DNA of 64,000 bases, from assembly GCA_964016885.1 (NCBI GenBank), contig OZ024746.1, positions 34,596,001 to 34,660,000 on the forward strand, in the 5' to 3' direction. A model generated the notes under the pieces. It was not told the origin of the DNA. It was given only the letters and a program-made list of their open reading frames with translations, and did no database searches. This stretch comes from Eledone cirrhosa. Taxonomy: Eukaryota. The stretch's first letter is position 1; each line of letters starts with the position of its first letter. Below are positions 24,620 through 39,729 of the stretch, one piece after another. A program made the translations under genes and the position numbers.

Positions 24620-24932
24620 GCATTTTGAAGACCGTAAAGACCACGTTCACCCTGACCACCAGGGCAAGCGCCCTCTCCCAATTGTTCTATTCATCAAACT
24701 ACGAGTGTATATTCAGAACGATCCCGTTCACTTGAACCATTCTCGCTACATTCACCCACCTTTCACCAAACTTGCTAGGAGAGAGCACTTGCCTCTCCAC
24801 CCTTATTTTCCTCTTCAAGTGAAACTTGAAAGAGTTAATCAGAGTTTCGCTGAAGAGGAAAGTGTCTGTCTTTAACCCTTTCAACCTTGTCCACCACACA
24901 ATCTCTTTTACCATGGCCACCAGGCAGATGAA
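24620..24932 (-). mobile_element. Tx1 3' fragment
   Basis: Similar to 9425-9715 (MAKEIVWWTRLKGLKT...FKFHLKRKIRVER). Confidence 0.8.
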
Positions 24933-25506
24933 ATGATGATGATAATAATGATAATAATCAATATCAACATGATCAGTAACATCATGTGTAAAATGTTATA
25001 TAGTATATGTCTATTTTCTATTTACCAACGCCCACGAAATTCTCAATGGAAAAAAAAACGATGCAGTTTTCCAAACGCTAATCTGTCATTATCATTGTTT
25101 CAGATATATCATTATTTTCTTCAAGTGAAGGATAGATTTTACATCACACTATGACATTCTTATTTAAAGATACTAATTTCTACCTTAAGCAGTGTTGCAT
25201 TCGGTTACGTAATTATTACATAACGATCAATGTTTTCAAGAAAGACCAAACAATGGAAAATGTTTTTTTAAAATATATATTACCTTACATCCTAGGCATC
25301 ATTAGATTGCCATACCACCCGTGGCAGCCATCTTCATCCTGTAGTTCATATCATAAGAGGCAACGGGCCGGCTACAAAACGGATACCATTGGAGCCCAAT
25401 AATGTGAAAGGCTAACTTCGAAGAACTCATTAGAAATTAAAGCGAGTCATTGAGAAAAGTACAATATTATCCGATAAAGAAATGAGGGTGTTAATATTTC
25501 ATAATT

Positions 25507-25691
25507 GTTTCTACTTTAGGCACAAGGCCAGCAAATTACCCAGTACATTACTGGTACTTTATTTTATCGACCCCGTAAGGATGAAAGGCAAAGTTAACCT
25601 CGGCGGGATTTGAACTCAGACTGTAAAGGGACGTAACTATGCTAGAAAGCATGGCGTCCGACACTCTACCCATACTGCCAATTCACCGCCC
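25507..25691 (-). mobile_element. tRNA-derived SINE with 15-bp target-site duplication
   Basis: Full copy with A and B boxes on the minus strand; TSD taatatttcataatt at 25492-25506 and 25692-25706. Confidence 0.9.
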
Positions 25692-25751
25692 TAATATTTC
25701 ATAATTACGAGATGGAAAGATATTCTGTCACCACAAAAAAGTGAATGAATT

Positions 25752-25788
<37 letters not shown>

Positions 25789-26344
25789 CATCGATTTGAG
25801 AAAGAAACTAGCAAAAGGACGAAATATACATGCTGAGTGAGTAATTGTATGGTTACACTAGCTAGAACATGACATTGTCTCTTCTCAAATGAATTATGTT
25901 TTATTCTCTCTGTATTTGTTTACAGGAGGTCAGTTAACATTTACGTTAGCATATAAAGTTAATCAGCTATAATCAAACATAGTGGATTGGTCAACTATTT
26001 TCGTTGAATGGAATGGGTTATAACAGATATATTATATTATGAGATCATCGGTGTCTCATTGCTCTTTTTTGTTTCAAATGTGTGTTCAAAAATATTAATT
26101 GCATTTATTTTCAAATAATACAAATAGTTTCATAATGCAAATATATTATATTGACATTCTTTATCGTCGGTACATGAATGAAATCTTCCCCTAACATTTA
26201 TATTCTGTTACATGACCTGAACTAAATACAATTTAAACGTTCATTTTCTTAATAGTTGCAGTTATTAGGCTGCTGGGGTGGTAGGGCAACGCCGAACAAG
26301 GCAGTGCCTAACACGAAACAGCAACGCTACAATTAGAAAGAGAG

Positions 26345-26525
26345 GACGCACTGGATTGACTGTATCGGTTGAGGCTTTGCAGCATAGAGTTGTGGTCCTT
26401 TACGGTCAGAGTTCAAATCCTGCCGAGGTTACCTTTACCTTTCATCCTTACGGGGTCGATAACATAAAGTACCAGTAATCCACTGGGATAATTTTCGGCT
26501 TTGTGCCAAAAGTAGAAATAATTAA
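26345..26525 (+). mobile_element. tRNA-derived SINE, diverged copy
   Basis: gagttcaaatcctgccgaggtt...ggggtcgataacataaagtaccag...gtagaaataatta. Confidence 0.82.
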
Positions 26526-26557
26526 TATATATATATATGTGTGTGTGTGTGCGTGTG

Positions 26558-26649
<92 letters not shown>

Positions 26650-27929
26650 AAAGGAAACCAACAAAGCAAACAACGCAGTAAAATGAAGAAATATAATAGA
26701 TTGCCGCTTTATATAGTAGCGAGATAGTCTTAAAATTCAGGATACTAGTCTTTTATCAGGTTATATATGAAATAGAAAGAGGTAGAGGGTGAAGGGGAAG
26801 GAATGGAAAACATTCAAGATAAAGAGTGTGTTCAGTTACTTTTGGGGGTGTATTCAACAGTAAAGCGAGGATGCACAACATGCTGTTTAACTTCTGTGTG
26901 TTTGTGTATGTGAGTGTATGTGTGTTTATGTGTGTGTGTGTATGTGTATGTTTGCCTGTGTGAGAATGTGTGTGCAAGTGTTGGGTTTGGTTGTGGTGGG
27001 CATGTGTGTGATTGTGTTGTGTTATGATATAATGAGGAAGACTGTTATTAGAGGAAATAATTCCAACCGAAATTATAATTTTTGCATGCAAGAAATGCGA
27101 GTGACTGAAGTTCACACTGTAGTAACAAGATGCAGATACGTTGGAATGGAGATGGAAAATAAAATGTAGTGGCTGGAAACTGTTCGCATTACCAAATATA
27201 TTAAAAGGAAGTCAATTGGCAGTCTTATGGTTCTCAAAACCATTCTACGTGTGTCTTCCCTGATCCTTTTTAGAAACGTTTTATTATACACTGGAAAGAT
27301 TTTCTCCGAATATCGAAGTTATTATCAGCAGAAAATATTCAATGAAGCCTCTGTGAAAGTATTCTTTTACAATGAAATTATCAATGTGCAATTACAGAAT
27401 TAGTCTATCGCTGTGGCTTTGTGGGTGTGCTGCAGACTTCCGTGCATTGCAAAGTTAGTACATAAAAAGTACAAAGTTATGCATAAAATATTCTGTACAT
27501 TAAATCAGCATAAGTAGCGTCTCGTGCATAAAATATAATTTGAAAATTTCAAATAAGTGAGATTATTCATGCAGTTAGTAGGCAAAAACAAAATAAACAA
27601 TTGATCAAATTCTAAAACCATGGATAACAAGTATATTTCTAATAAGTAAAAGTGTCATCGAATTTCTTGAGAGATACAAACGGTGTGTAGGAATGTGTTT
27701 AACCCAATTAGGTTCAGTATTCAGCAAGACCATTCTATATATTATTGTCTGGTAATATAAGTACATGTGTCGTCTTAATAGGTTATCTCGCATGTCATAA
27801 ACAGAAGACAGCAGTTATTAGATTACGTCCTTGCATACTTACATACATATATATATGACATGTGTACACAGCTATCACACTTCAAAATTATATATGTGTA
27901 TGTATATATATTTATATATATACATACAA

Positions 27930-28340
27930 AATATATAAATTACCGCACATGGCATCCTAGCGGGTATCACAAACCTACACCACTAAAAATAGCAGCCAGG
28001 TTTACTCGACATTTGAAATAGCACAACAAATTAACGGAGCTGAATATATAAAAGGTTAGGAACACAAAGGTATATATTGAGTTAGGAACTCAAAGGTATA
28101 TATTGAGTTAGGAACGCTTTTATATTCTATTATAATATACGGCTCAGAAATATCTCTTTCTTAGAGCTATTTTACTGTAAGAGACTATTTTGAGTTCCTA
28201 ACTCAATATATACCTTTGATATATTTGGCTCCGTTAATTTGTTGAGCTATTTCAAATGTCGAGTAAACCTGGCTGCTATTTTTAGTGGTGTAGGTTTCTG
28301 AGACACGCTAGGATGCTGTGCGGTATTTTATATATTTTAT
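27930..28340. repeat. Imperfect fold-back element
   Basis: About 27935-28095 pairs with about 28189-28332; internal ~25-bp tandem repeat caaaggtatatattgagttaggaac; TA-rich flanks. Confidence 0.82.
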
Positions 28341-28380
28341 ATATAGCATACTTAGATATGTCTAGGATATTAATTCATCA

Positions 28381-28451
28381 CCCACTGATGAGCTTGGATT
28401 GGTATTTCTATTCACAATTAACTTTGCGAAACAACAACAGTGTTGTCTGGG
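28381..28451 (+). ncRNA. Type I hammerhead ribozyme with full stem III
   Basis: ccca CTGATGA GC...GC GAA ACAACA-acag-TGTTGT C tggg: GUC triplet, predicted cut after 28447. A partial copy lies at about 31945-31975 (-). Confidence 0.78.
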
Positions 28452-28625
28452 TGGTTGGTAGTTACCACAATTCCGGTTTGTATTTATTTTCTTAATTCTT
28501 TCTTAAATTGAGACAAGCGAACCCAATAGTCTATAGTTAGTATTCTTTTCACCTTAGCGAATCAGCTCCTTACGATTTGAACACATATATGTATATATCT
28601 GTGTTCGTTTTTCTTTTATATTCTA

Positions 28626-31345
<2,720 letters not shown>

Positions 31346-31363
31346 ATATATATATATATATAT

Positions 31364-31697
31364 ATAGTTTTAATATAGATGAGATTCTACAGGACTAGAA
31401 CTATCTCATTCATTTGAAATCATCAGGAATCTGGGTATCAAAAAATAAATATGGTATTTATAGGTCTCTACAAGTGGTAGGAGAGGGTGGGGAGTGGGAT
31501 GGGTGCAGGTCATTGGTTGATAGAAAAGGGAATTCATTAAAAGCTAATTCGACAAAGCTATAGTTTATTTTTATTTTTATTTTTATTTATTTATGTTTTT
31601 AGAGTAACATTTTTATTTTTTGATACCCAGATTCCTGATGATTTCAAATGAATGAAACAGTTCTAGTCCTGTAGAATCTCATATATATTAAAACTGT
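31364..31697. repeat. Fold-back (~88-bp arms) with hammerhead on each arm
   Basis: 31364-31452 pairs with 31609-31697; flanked by (TA)n. Confidence 0.88.
31629..31679 (+). ncRNA. Type I hammerhead ribozyme
   Basis: agattc CTGATGA tTTC-aaat-GAAt GAA ACAG-ttctagtc-CTGT A gaatct; GUA triplet, predicted cut after 31673. The left-arm copy has GAAA changed to GAGA. Confidence 0.82.
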
Positions 31698-31761
31698 TAT
31701 ACTCTGCTATGTATTGAGTACCTTACTTACTGTGGTTACCTCCGATTCAACCCGGAATAAC

Positions 31762-31829
<68 letters not shown>

Positions 31830-33716
31830 GTACATGTAGGAAAAGAGGCGACTCTTTTCCAATTACCCACTCTACTACCCAAAGTATCGAACAAACTCGT
31901 GCATTATGGTCCACCTGGCTTCTTACCACATTTTCTTTGTTATGTGAATAGAAATACCAATCCAAGCTCATCACGTAAGAAACGGAGAATCGGTGGTGCG
32001 ACGAATTAAAATGTATTAGACATATTACAATCGTCTCTCTGGCGACCAGCTCGAGGGCACCAGCTACAATTCAAAGTACCGTATCAGTAGGAGAAGCCGG
32101 ACACATCGCTAGACGAATGAAAACAAAAAAAAACACAATAAATCACTGTATAATTGGTGTAGATTTGTTGACCTAGGGATTAACTGAATGTCTTTAGGTT
32201 TACCGAAGTCATGCCATTTTCACGAATTCAGTGTCGTTTGAATGTGGTTCTTGCCAGCACTGTCTACGTTTATCAATATGTAAACAGACGATGAGGCGAG
32301 CTCTGATACATGTGTTTATTGTGTTTAGAAATAAGAAAATATAAAAGTTGCAGGCTTGCAGCACATGGTGTGCATAGATGTTAGTAATGTTGAAATTAGC
32401 AACCACCAAGAGTTGTATAGTCATCGACATTATGCTGGGTTCTACTATAAGCATCGATGATTCCACTATAGGCACTAATCATTCAAGTTATGGAGCAGGC
32501 TAATGTATGGTAGGCACATGATTGGGTACATTTTTATTTTCAGACCAGTACTTGAAATGATATAATTTTGCCTTAGATTCATAACAATATTGTGGAGGGT
32601 TCAACAGGTTAAAAATCAATTGATTCACTAGAAAGGTCTCTTCGTTAAAATAGAAGTTCTTTTTGTATTCAAAGTAAAGATTCGGATAGCATTTTTGTAA
32701 TACGTGTGTTCTGTAAAGCTTGTGTGTATGTGTATGTGTATGTGTGTGCATATATGGGGGTATTTTGTGGCAATAGTTCAAGTTATTTTCAGGATTGTAA
32801 AAATAGCTAAAAATAGCTAAAATTGATATAAAGATGATTGAAACTTCTATTGAAAATACAAATAAAGGAAACACGTTTTCATGGAGTATTGTTTTTAGTT
32901 TGCTGAAATTTTTATAAAGATAGAAAGGTTGTTAGTTGATTTGTTCATCTTGAATAACAGGAAAATACATACAATCAAGAAAATATAAGCAACCACGTAA
33001 AGATTAATTATATATTGAAAATGTATATATATTGTAGGTATCTATGGATAACGTTTGTGGTAGTAAAATCGGTAAAATATGAGAAAACATTTTGTTAGAT
33101 CTACCTCGGATCTAAGATAAGATGCTTCTACCCTCTCTTCCGTCATCATGCTGGATTTCATACAATAATCAATACTCGATAAATCATTTACCTGTGTCAA
33201 TGAAATCTGTTTTATAAAAGTAACCCGAGATGAATTTAGGCTCACGGCGATGAACTAATAAAATAATGAGCCAGTACAGAAAAACGTAAGAAATTATAAT
33301 TTTTCTTGTTTTATTATTTTTTCTCTCATGTTGGTGATGGAATTATATACCCATTTCCGCCTTCAAGGTAAAATATCAGAATATGATGTTTAGTTAGATA
33401 TTTTACCAGCAAATTACATTCTATTGGCTATAATACTTGAAGCGTTCATATTAAGGTATTGAAACAAAAAGTCGTAATATTTGTAAATCAAAACTAATCC
33501 TAAAGAAAGGAAAGAAACTTATTTTGAATTCTTATACGTGATACACTTCCCTGTATCATACTGAATATCAATCAATATCACTATTTCAAAGTGTATAGTT
33601 GAAGGTTCAGAAAATATGAATATTATACACGAAGTCATTTACACATACAACCACACGCATACACATCATGTAAACATATACAAACATGTATATATATATG
33701 TGTATGAACATGCACT

Positions 33717-33759
<43 letters not shown>

Positions 33760-33767
33760 GTATAAAT

Positions 33768-33880
<113 letters not shown>

Positions 33881-33929
33881 TACATGTGTATGTGTGTGTG
33901 TATATATGGGAAGTGTGTCAGCAGAAAAA

Positions 33930-34830
33930 AAATGGTCTCTGCCCCCCAAAAGGTATTTCAAATCCAAAGTACATTCAAGCGTATAATAAGGTATTTTGGA
34001 ACGCGGACCGCCAACAGGCCTAATCGGGGAAAAATTGCATGCCTAGACAATATGTAAAGAAAATAAACCAAATACTCTGATGGCTGGATAATCTTTAAGA
34101 TTTTCCTCGATGAAGCCGGAAAAATGCATGTTTTCACCTAATGCGGGCTCTAGGGATCAAGAAAATGATTTTTGTTATGTGCATAATATGCCTTGAAATA
34201 TCTGGAAAATCGGCTAGACGTAACGCCTCAAAAAAAACCTAAAAAGCTTAAAAAATGAAGTTGTTCACCTAATGCGGGCCCTGACATTAAAGAGTGGATT
34301 TTCTTTGCTCACATTATGAAGAAGAGACGGACTAATACGTAGTTACAATTTCAGGGAAATCAGTCTGAGGTAAGACCTGAAACAACCCCTAAAGCCTGAA
34401 GCAACACAGTTTTTCCCCTAATGATCAAAAAGTTGAATTTTTTAATGTGCATAACACTGCGTGAAACATAAGTAGTACACATGTAAATTTTGAAAAAAGT
34501 CCGTTGGGTACTTCTCGAGGTTTAAGGATTCAAACTCACACACACACACACAGACATACATCCTCAGGGAAGTGACGTAATGCTGACAGTCAGACATACA
34601 TACTGATATTATAAGGGAACGACGTTATATGTATGTATCTATCTAAAAAGGGAAAGACTAAGAATTATAGTGAGAGATGGCTAAATCGCCTAATGCGGTC
34701 CCTAGGGCATTGAAGATTTGAAATTTGTTTTGCTCAGAACACTCCCGGAAACATAAGTATTACATATGTAAAGTTTGAAAAGGTCGGTTGGGTGGTTCTT
34801 TAGTTTTAGCGATTCAAACTCACACACCGA
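33930..34830. repeat. Decayed internally repetitive element, possibly non-autonomous Helitron/Helentron-like
   Basis: cctaatgcgg recurs at about 34137, 34268 and 34689; 34440-34545 resembles 34725-34828; followed by a cagacataca-type microsatellite. The class assignment is inference only. Confidence 0.35.
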
Positions 34831-34847
34831 GCGCTCTATCTAAAAAT

Positions 34848-34887
34848 TATTTTTGAAAAGCATTAGAAATGTGCAACCGGTAAAAAT
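34848..34887 (+). ncRNA. Variant minimal hammerhead (U3/A8 core), second copy at 38532-38570
   Basis: TTGAAAA GCATT..AATG(T/C) GCAA CCGG TA aaaa; palindromic ACCGGT; ~120-nt shared tail then (TA)n. Confidence 0.55.
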
Positions 34888-35026
34888 TTAAACTAAAACT
34901 GAATACTAACCAATATTTATTACTAATTTATACTTATTCTTAATTAACTTATTTTTCACTTTGAAAAATTTGTCAGCAATTTCATTTCCTTTTTACTAAT
35001 ATATATCAACTCGATTGTCACACCTC

Positions 35027-35059
<33 letters not shown>

Positions 35060-35061
35060 GA

Positions 35062-35141
35062 TATATATATGAATGAATGTTACAACACTATTTCAGTATT
35101 AAGTACTCATTTCTCTCAGCTGTATACGAATATACATATAC

Positions 35142-35205
<64 letters not shown>

Positions 35206-35428
35206 TAAAATAATAGATTAATGTTTAAGCAAATAATCGCTGCTTCCACCCTTCAGGGTATCTTCAGAGAAGATCTCGCTAAGGGTGAAAGCAGCGATTC
35301 TTTGCTTAAACTTTAATCTGTTATTTTAATAAATATTTGGTCTACGGTTCTTATATATTTGACATATATTCATCCTTATCGAGCCCTCTTTGGATTTTAG
35401 TCTTCAAATTTATTATTATTACTATATA

Positions 35429-35460
<32 letters not shown>

Positions 35461-35530
35461 CGTATATGTATATTCGTATACGGCTGAGAGAAATGAGTAC
35501 TCAATACTGAAATAGTGTTTTAACATTCAT
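35062..35530. repeat. Nested inverted repeats: outer ~80-bp arms around (TA)n containing a second fold-back
   Basis: About 35065-35145 pairs with 35458-35530; the inner 35200-35332 hairpin belongs to the 3011-3305 family. Confidence 0.85.
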
Positions 35531-35724
35531 TTTACAAACGAGATATAGTTGGTGTGAGTGTGTATATGTGTGGTTATGCGCGCGCGCGTGTGTGTGTGTG
35601 TCTGTGTGAGAGTATGTGTGTGTGTGTGAGAGTGTGTGTTTTAAAATGAGAAAAGTTGACTGTGTGAGAAATTTTTAATGGTAGATAAAGTGCCGTACGT
35701 GAGTCTCTGCAAAGATGTAAATAT

Positions 35725-35902
35725 AATTGTTTCTACTTTAGGAACAAGGCCAGCAATTACCCCTGCATTACTGGTACTTTATTTTATCGACCCCGTAAGG
35801 ATGAAAGGCAAAGTCAACCTCGGCGGGATTTGAACTCAGATCGTAAATTGACGTAACTATGCTGGAAAGCATGGCGTCCGACCCTCTTCTGATACTGCCA
35901 AT
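35725..35902 (-). mobile_element. tRNA-derived SINE
   Basis: Highly similar to 25507-25691 and 41264-41440. Confidence 0.88.
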
Positions 35903-35961
35903 ACCATATGCTACTCAGTGATTGAAATTAGTATATTTCAGACGTTATTTTGACAATATTG

Positions 35962-36039
<78 letters not shown>

Positions 36040-36053
36040 AATATATATATATA

Positions 36054-36169
<116 letters not shown>

Positions 36170-36621
36170 CAGCAGCGATGTGTGCAAATGGCTACTAAGA
36201 TAAGTGTGTGTGTGTGTGTGTGTGCGTGTGCATATGTGTGTGTGTGTGTGCGTGTGTGTGTGTGTATAGCAGAGTAATTCGATGGTCAGTAAGAATGTGT
36301 CTGAAAGCAATGGGGGGTATTTTAACATGTCAAAAGATATTTTTCAGCTTTTGTCTTATACGGAGAAGTGCGCGTGTGTGTGTGTGTGTGTGTGTATAAG
36401 TCTCTTTGTATGTTGATGTACGCGTGTGTATGTGTTTGTGTATATATGTGTGTGTGTGTGTGTGTGGGTGGACCAGTATTTTTTTCCCCCTGGTAAATTG
36501 GTGTACATTATTCGATTTTTTCAGTAAAATCGGTTCTCGTAATAGAACATCAAAAATCTTAACAATAAAAGGTGTGAAATGATATTCACTATATATATAT
36601 ACACATACATATATTCACTAC

Positions 36622-36652
<31 letters not shown>

Positions 36653-36779
36653 TACATATATATGCACACATATTTTTTTGTATTGCACCATAGAGCATGT
36701 GTGTTTACGTGTGTCATTGTGTTTATATGTGGGGAGAGATGTGTGCTGATTTAGGTATGTATGTTGACGTGTGTATGTT

Positions 36780-38122
36780 GTGGGTTCGTCTTAGGTAGAA
36801 GTGTTTAGACGGGGTCCGTATTTGTTAATGAAGTAAGATTCCTTGCTGATGCGCTGGGTGTGGGTGGCATTATCTTTAAATTTGTAGAGGGGAAAGATTC
36901 TGAAGTCGGGATGATTTTGGGCGGCACAGGTATCAATGTGTTCACTCAGTGGTATTTTCCTGTATTCCCGTATTTTAATTTGGGATCTATGGACAGTCAT
37001 GCGTTGGCGGAGGCTGTTTTTGGTCTGGTCTATGTATTGTTCTCGACAACCTGAACAAGTTAATACATATATTAGATTTTCCGATGCACATGTGATATTG
37101 TGTTTTACTATAAAACGTTGTCCATCTTTGAAATAGAATTCCGAACCCTCTATTAGGTTGATGCAAATGCCACAGTTGGGTCTATCGCATTTTTTGACTG
37201 TGGGTTTCGTTGTTGTGGTTGGCAGTACTTTGGCATGTGTTAAGATGTTTTTCATTGACTTGGATTGTCTTTTGCTCTTTATGATATCGTGTGTTCGTAG
37301 AATTTGGTTCATTCTATGGTCCTTTTTCAATACAGGGATGTTCTGGAGGATGGTGTCAAAGGCCTCATTGTTGAGGGGGTTGTGTGTGGAGATGTATGGA
37401 AGAGCTTTTAGTTTTGGTTGATTTACTTTAGGGTGTCTAAGGTCCTGGGTACTGAGTTTTAGGGCACGTTGGATTCCATTGTCAATTAGTGATGCAGGGT
37501 AGTCCCTGCCTATGAGTGTGTCCTTTAGTTCTTGTAGCCGTAAGTAGCAGATGTTTTTATTCTCTTGGCTAAGTTGTAGGGAATATTAATGTTAACGTGT
37601 CTAGGGTGGCAAGAGTTGAAGGGGAGATATTGCTTGGAGTCTGTGGGCCTGTAGTATATGTCTGTTTCTATTTTTTGTTATGGATCTTAATGAGGATGTC
37701 GAGGAAGGGGAGTTGTTGATGGCTGTATTCCATCGTGAAGTTAATATTTGTGTTGAGCCCATTTATAAGGGTGTGAAATTCTTTAAGTTTTTCGATGTTT
37801 TTGTGCCAAAGGATGAAGCAGTCATCTAGATATCGCTTCCAGTTCCTTTCAATTTGTAAGTGGAGGGTGTTTCCAAATTTGTTTAGGACATTAGTGTAGA
37901 GGGTGATTTTCAGGTATCCCATGACTAGGTTGGCATAAGTAGGGGCTGTTTTCGTTCCCATAGCGGTCCCAGATTTCTGCCTGTAGGGTTTGTTATTGAA
38001 AACGAAGTAATTGTTCTCCAAGATAAATTTGAGTCCCTCTATCACAAATTCTTTTTTGATGCGTTGTGGGAGTTCATTGTGGAAATTATCCAGCCAGAAT
38101 TGGATAGCTTCTATTCCTAGGT
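36780..38122 (-). mobile_element. Neptune-like PLE, 5'-truncated (RT C-terminus + GIY-YIG)
   Basis: GTAMGTKTAPTYANLVM, RYLDD, LPFLD; Cys-rich linker KCDRPNCGIC; NLIYVLTCSGCREQYIDQT...R...H; stops and frameshifts. 38220-38690 is probably its inverted terminal repeat. Confidence 0.88.
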
Positions 38123-38152
38123 CGCAGCATCGAACACCTTACTACTACTACT

Positions 38153-38193
<41 letters not shown>

Positions 38194-38687
38194 TACATAC
38201 ACACACACACACACATATTTGTTGTGAAAGAGTCATTTCTCAATCTTGGCGCAAAACCAATTTTTTATCCACATGACCTCTACCGGCCAATCAAAATTGT
38301 TTTGACCAAGAATTTTTGCTGGAGCCACTTTTTTAACATAAAAACAGTCTTGGCGCAAAATCAACTTTTTACATTCACATGACCTCTACCGACCAATCAA
38401 AATTGTTTTGACCACAAGCATTTTTGCAACACAAAAATAACGCTGGAGCCACTTTTTTAACATAAAAACAGGTAGAATTCCCAAAACTAATCAGATCAGA
38501 GCAAACAGCACGGACACTCTATCTCAAAATTATTTTTGAAAAGCATTTAGAAATGCGCAACCGGTAAAAACTTAAAAACTTGAAACCACAACTGAATACT
38601 AACCCATACAATCACTAATACTCTTTTATTCCTAATTAAACCATTTTTCAACTGTGAACAATTTGTCAGCATTTTCTATTCCGTTTA

Positions 38688-38759
<72 letters not shown>

Positions 38760-39560
38760 GGGAGGGGGGTATGTGTGTGTGTGTGTGTGTGTGTTTCTGT
38801 ATATGTGTATGGAGAAAATATCCGTAAACGGGAAGAAGGAAATACTTTTCAAACCAACCGGCTAATCTTTCTTCAAGTGAATTCATCTTAAATGTTTAAT
38901 GTTGTATTAAATATTAACAACCTCAAGAAATCCTTATTTGTGACAGAGATTACTAGTATATATGCACAGACTTACAATTCGACTATAATGATACTGTTCA
39001 ACCCGACGTTTAGTGGAAGACATATTCTGAAGGGGATTCAGTGTGGGACCAACGAAAAAAAAATGTTACTGAGTGATCCCCTTACCAAACTAGGCATCTA
39101 TTATGTTGTGCAGTGTATGCTTGTATATAAAGGTGATTGTATAAAAAGTCTCTAAGTTCATGTTATAGATCCGGTTGAATAAGAAAATTGGATTAGGAAG
39201 CAGTGAAGTGGGTAATTCACAAATCATGAAGCCTAAGCCTATCCGATTCAAACTGGCAAAAATACAGTGCCAGATAAACATTGCTAGCGATGTTTAAATG
39301 ACACTGTATATTTACCAGTTCTTACCAGTAAGAAACATCTTATAATTTATATATAGCCACAGCCCCCAAAACTTCAGATGTAGACTCTACTGTGAAACCA
39401 CTACGAAGACATTGCAAATGCCAGGGGTAAAAATATAAAAATATATATATATGTAACAATATATATATATATAACAATATATATATATATAGAAAAAAAG
39501 ATGAAATCTAAAATGCAACTGGAGTCTTATTTTACAAAAAAATATATATATTATTTGGTT

Positions 39561-39598
39561 CCTTTAACGGTTTCGCAGTTCTTCTGCTTTTCACAAGT
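39561..39598 (-). ncRNA. Variant minimal hammerhead in inverted PLE terminus
   Basis: Reverse complement reads ctt GTGAAAA GCAG-aagaa-CTGC GAAA CCGT TA aagg; ~70-nt tail then TA repeat. Confidence 0.5.
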
Positions 39599-39729
39599 AG
39601 ATTTGAGATGGAGGTTCTGTGGTTTTTCTCACATCTGGTTGGTCTTTGAATGTTACTTGTTTTATATTGAAAAAAGTGGCTCGAAACGCCAGGTTTTTAG
39701 AGAAGTAATTTTATTGGTTGCTCAATAAG

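Noticed and set aside
25507-25691. tRNA gene (A/B boxes)
   Set aside because: No full cloverleaf; dispersed copies with a long 3' body and TSDs indicate a SINE.
32190-32520. Coding-like non-repetitive stretch
   Set aside because: No frame gives a recognisable protein; stops occur in the candidate frames.
38880-39420. Short ORFs in unique-looking sequence
   Set aside because: No identifiable domain or consistent exon structure.
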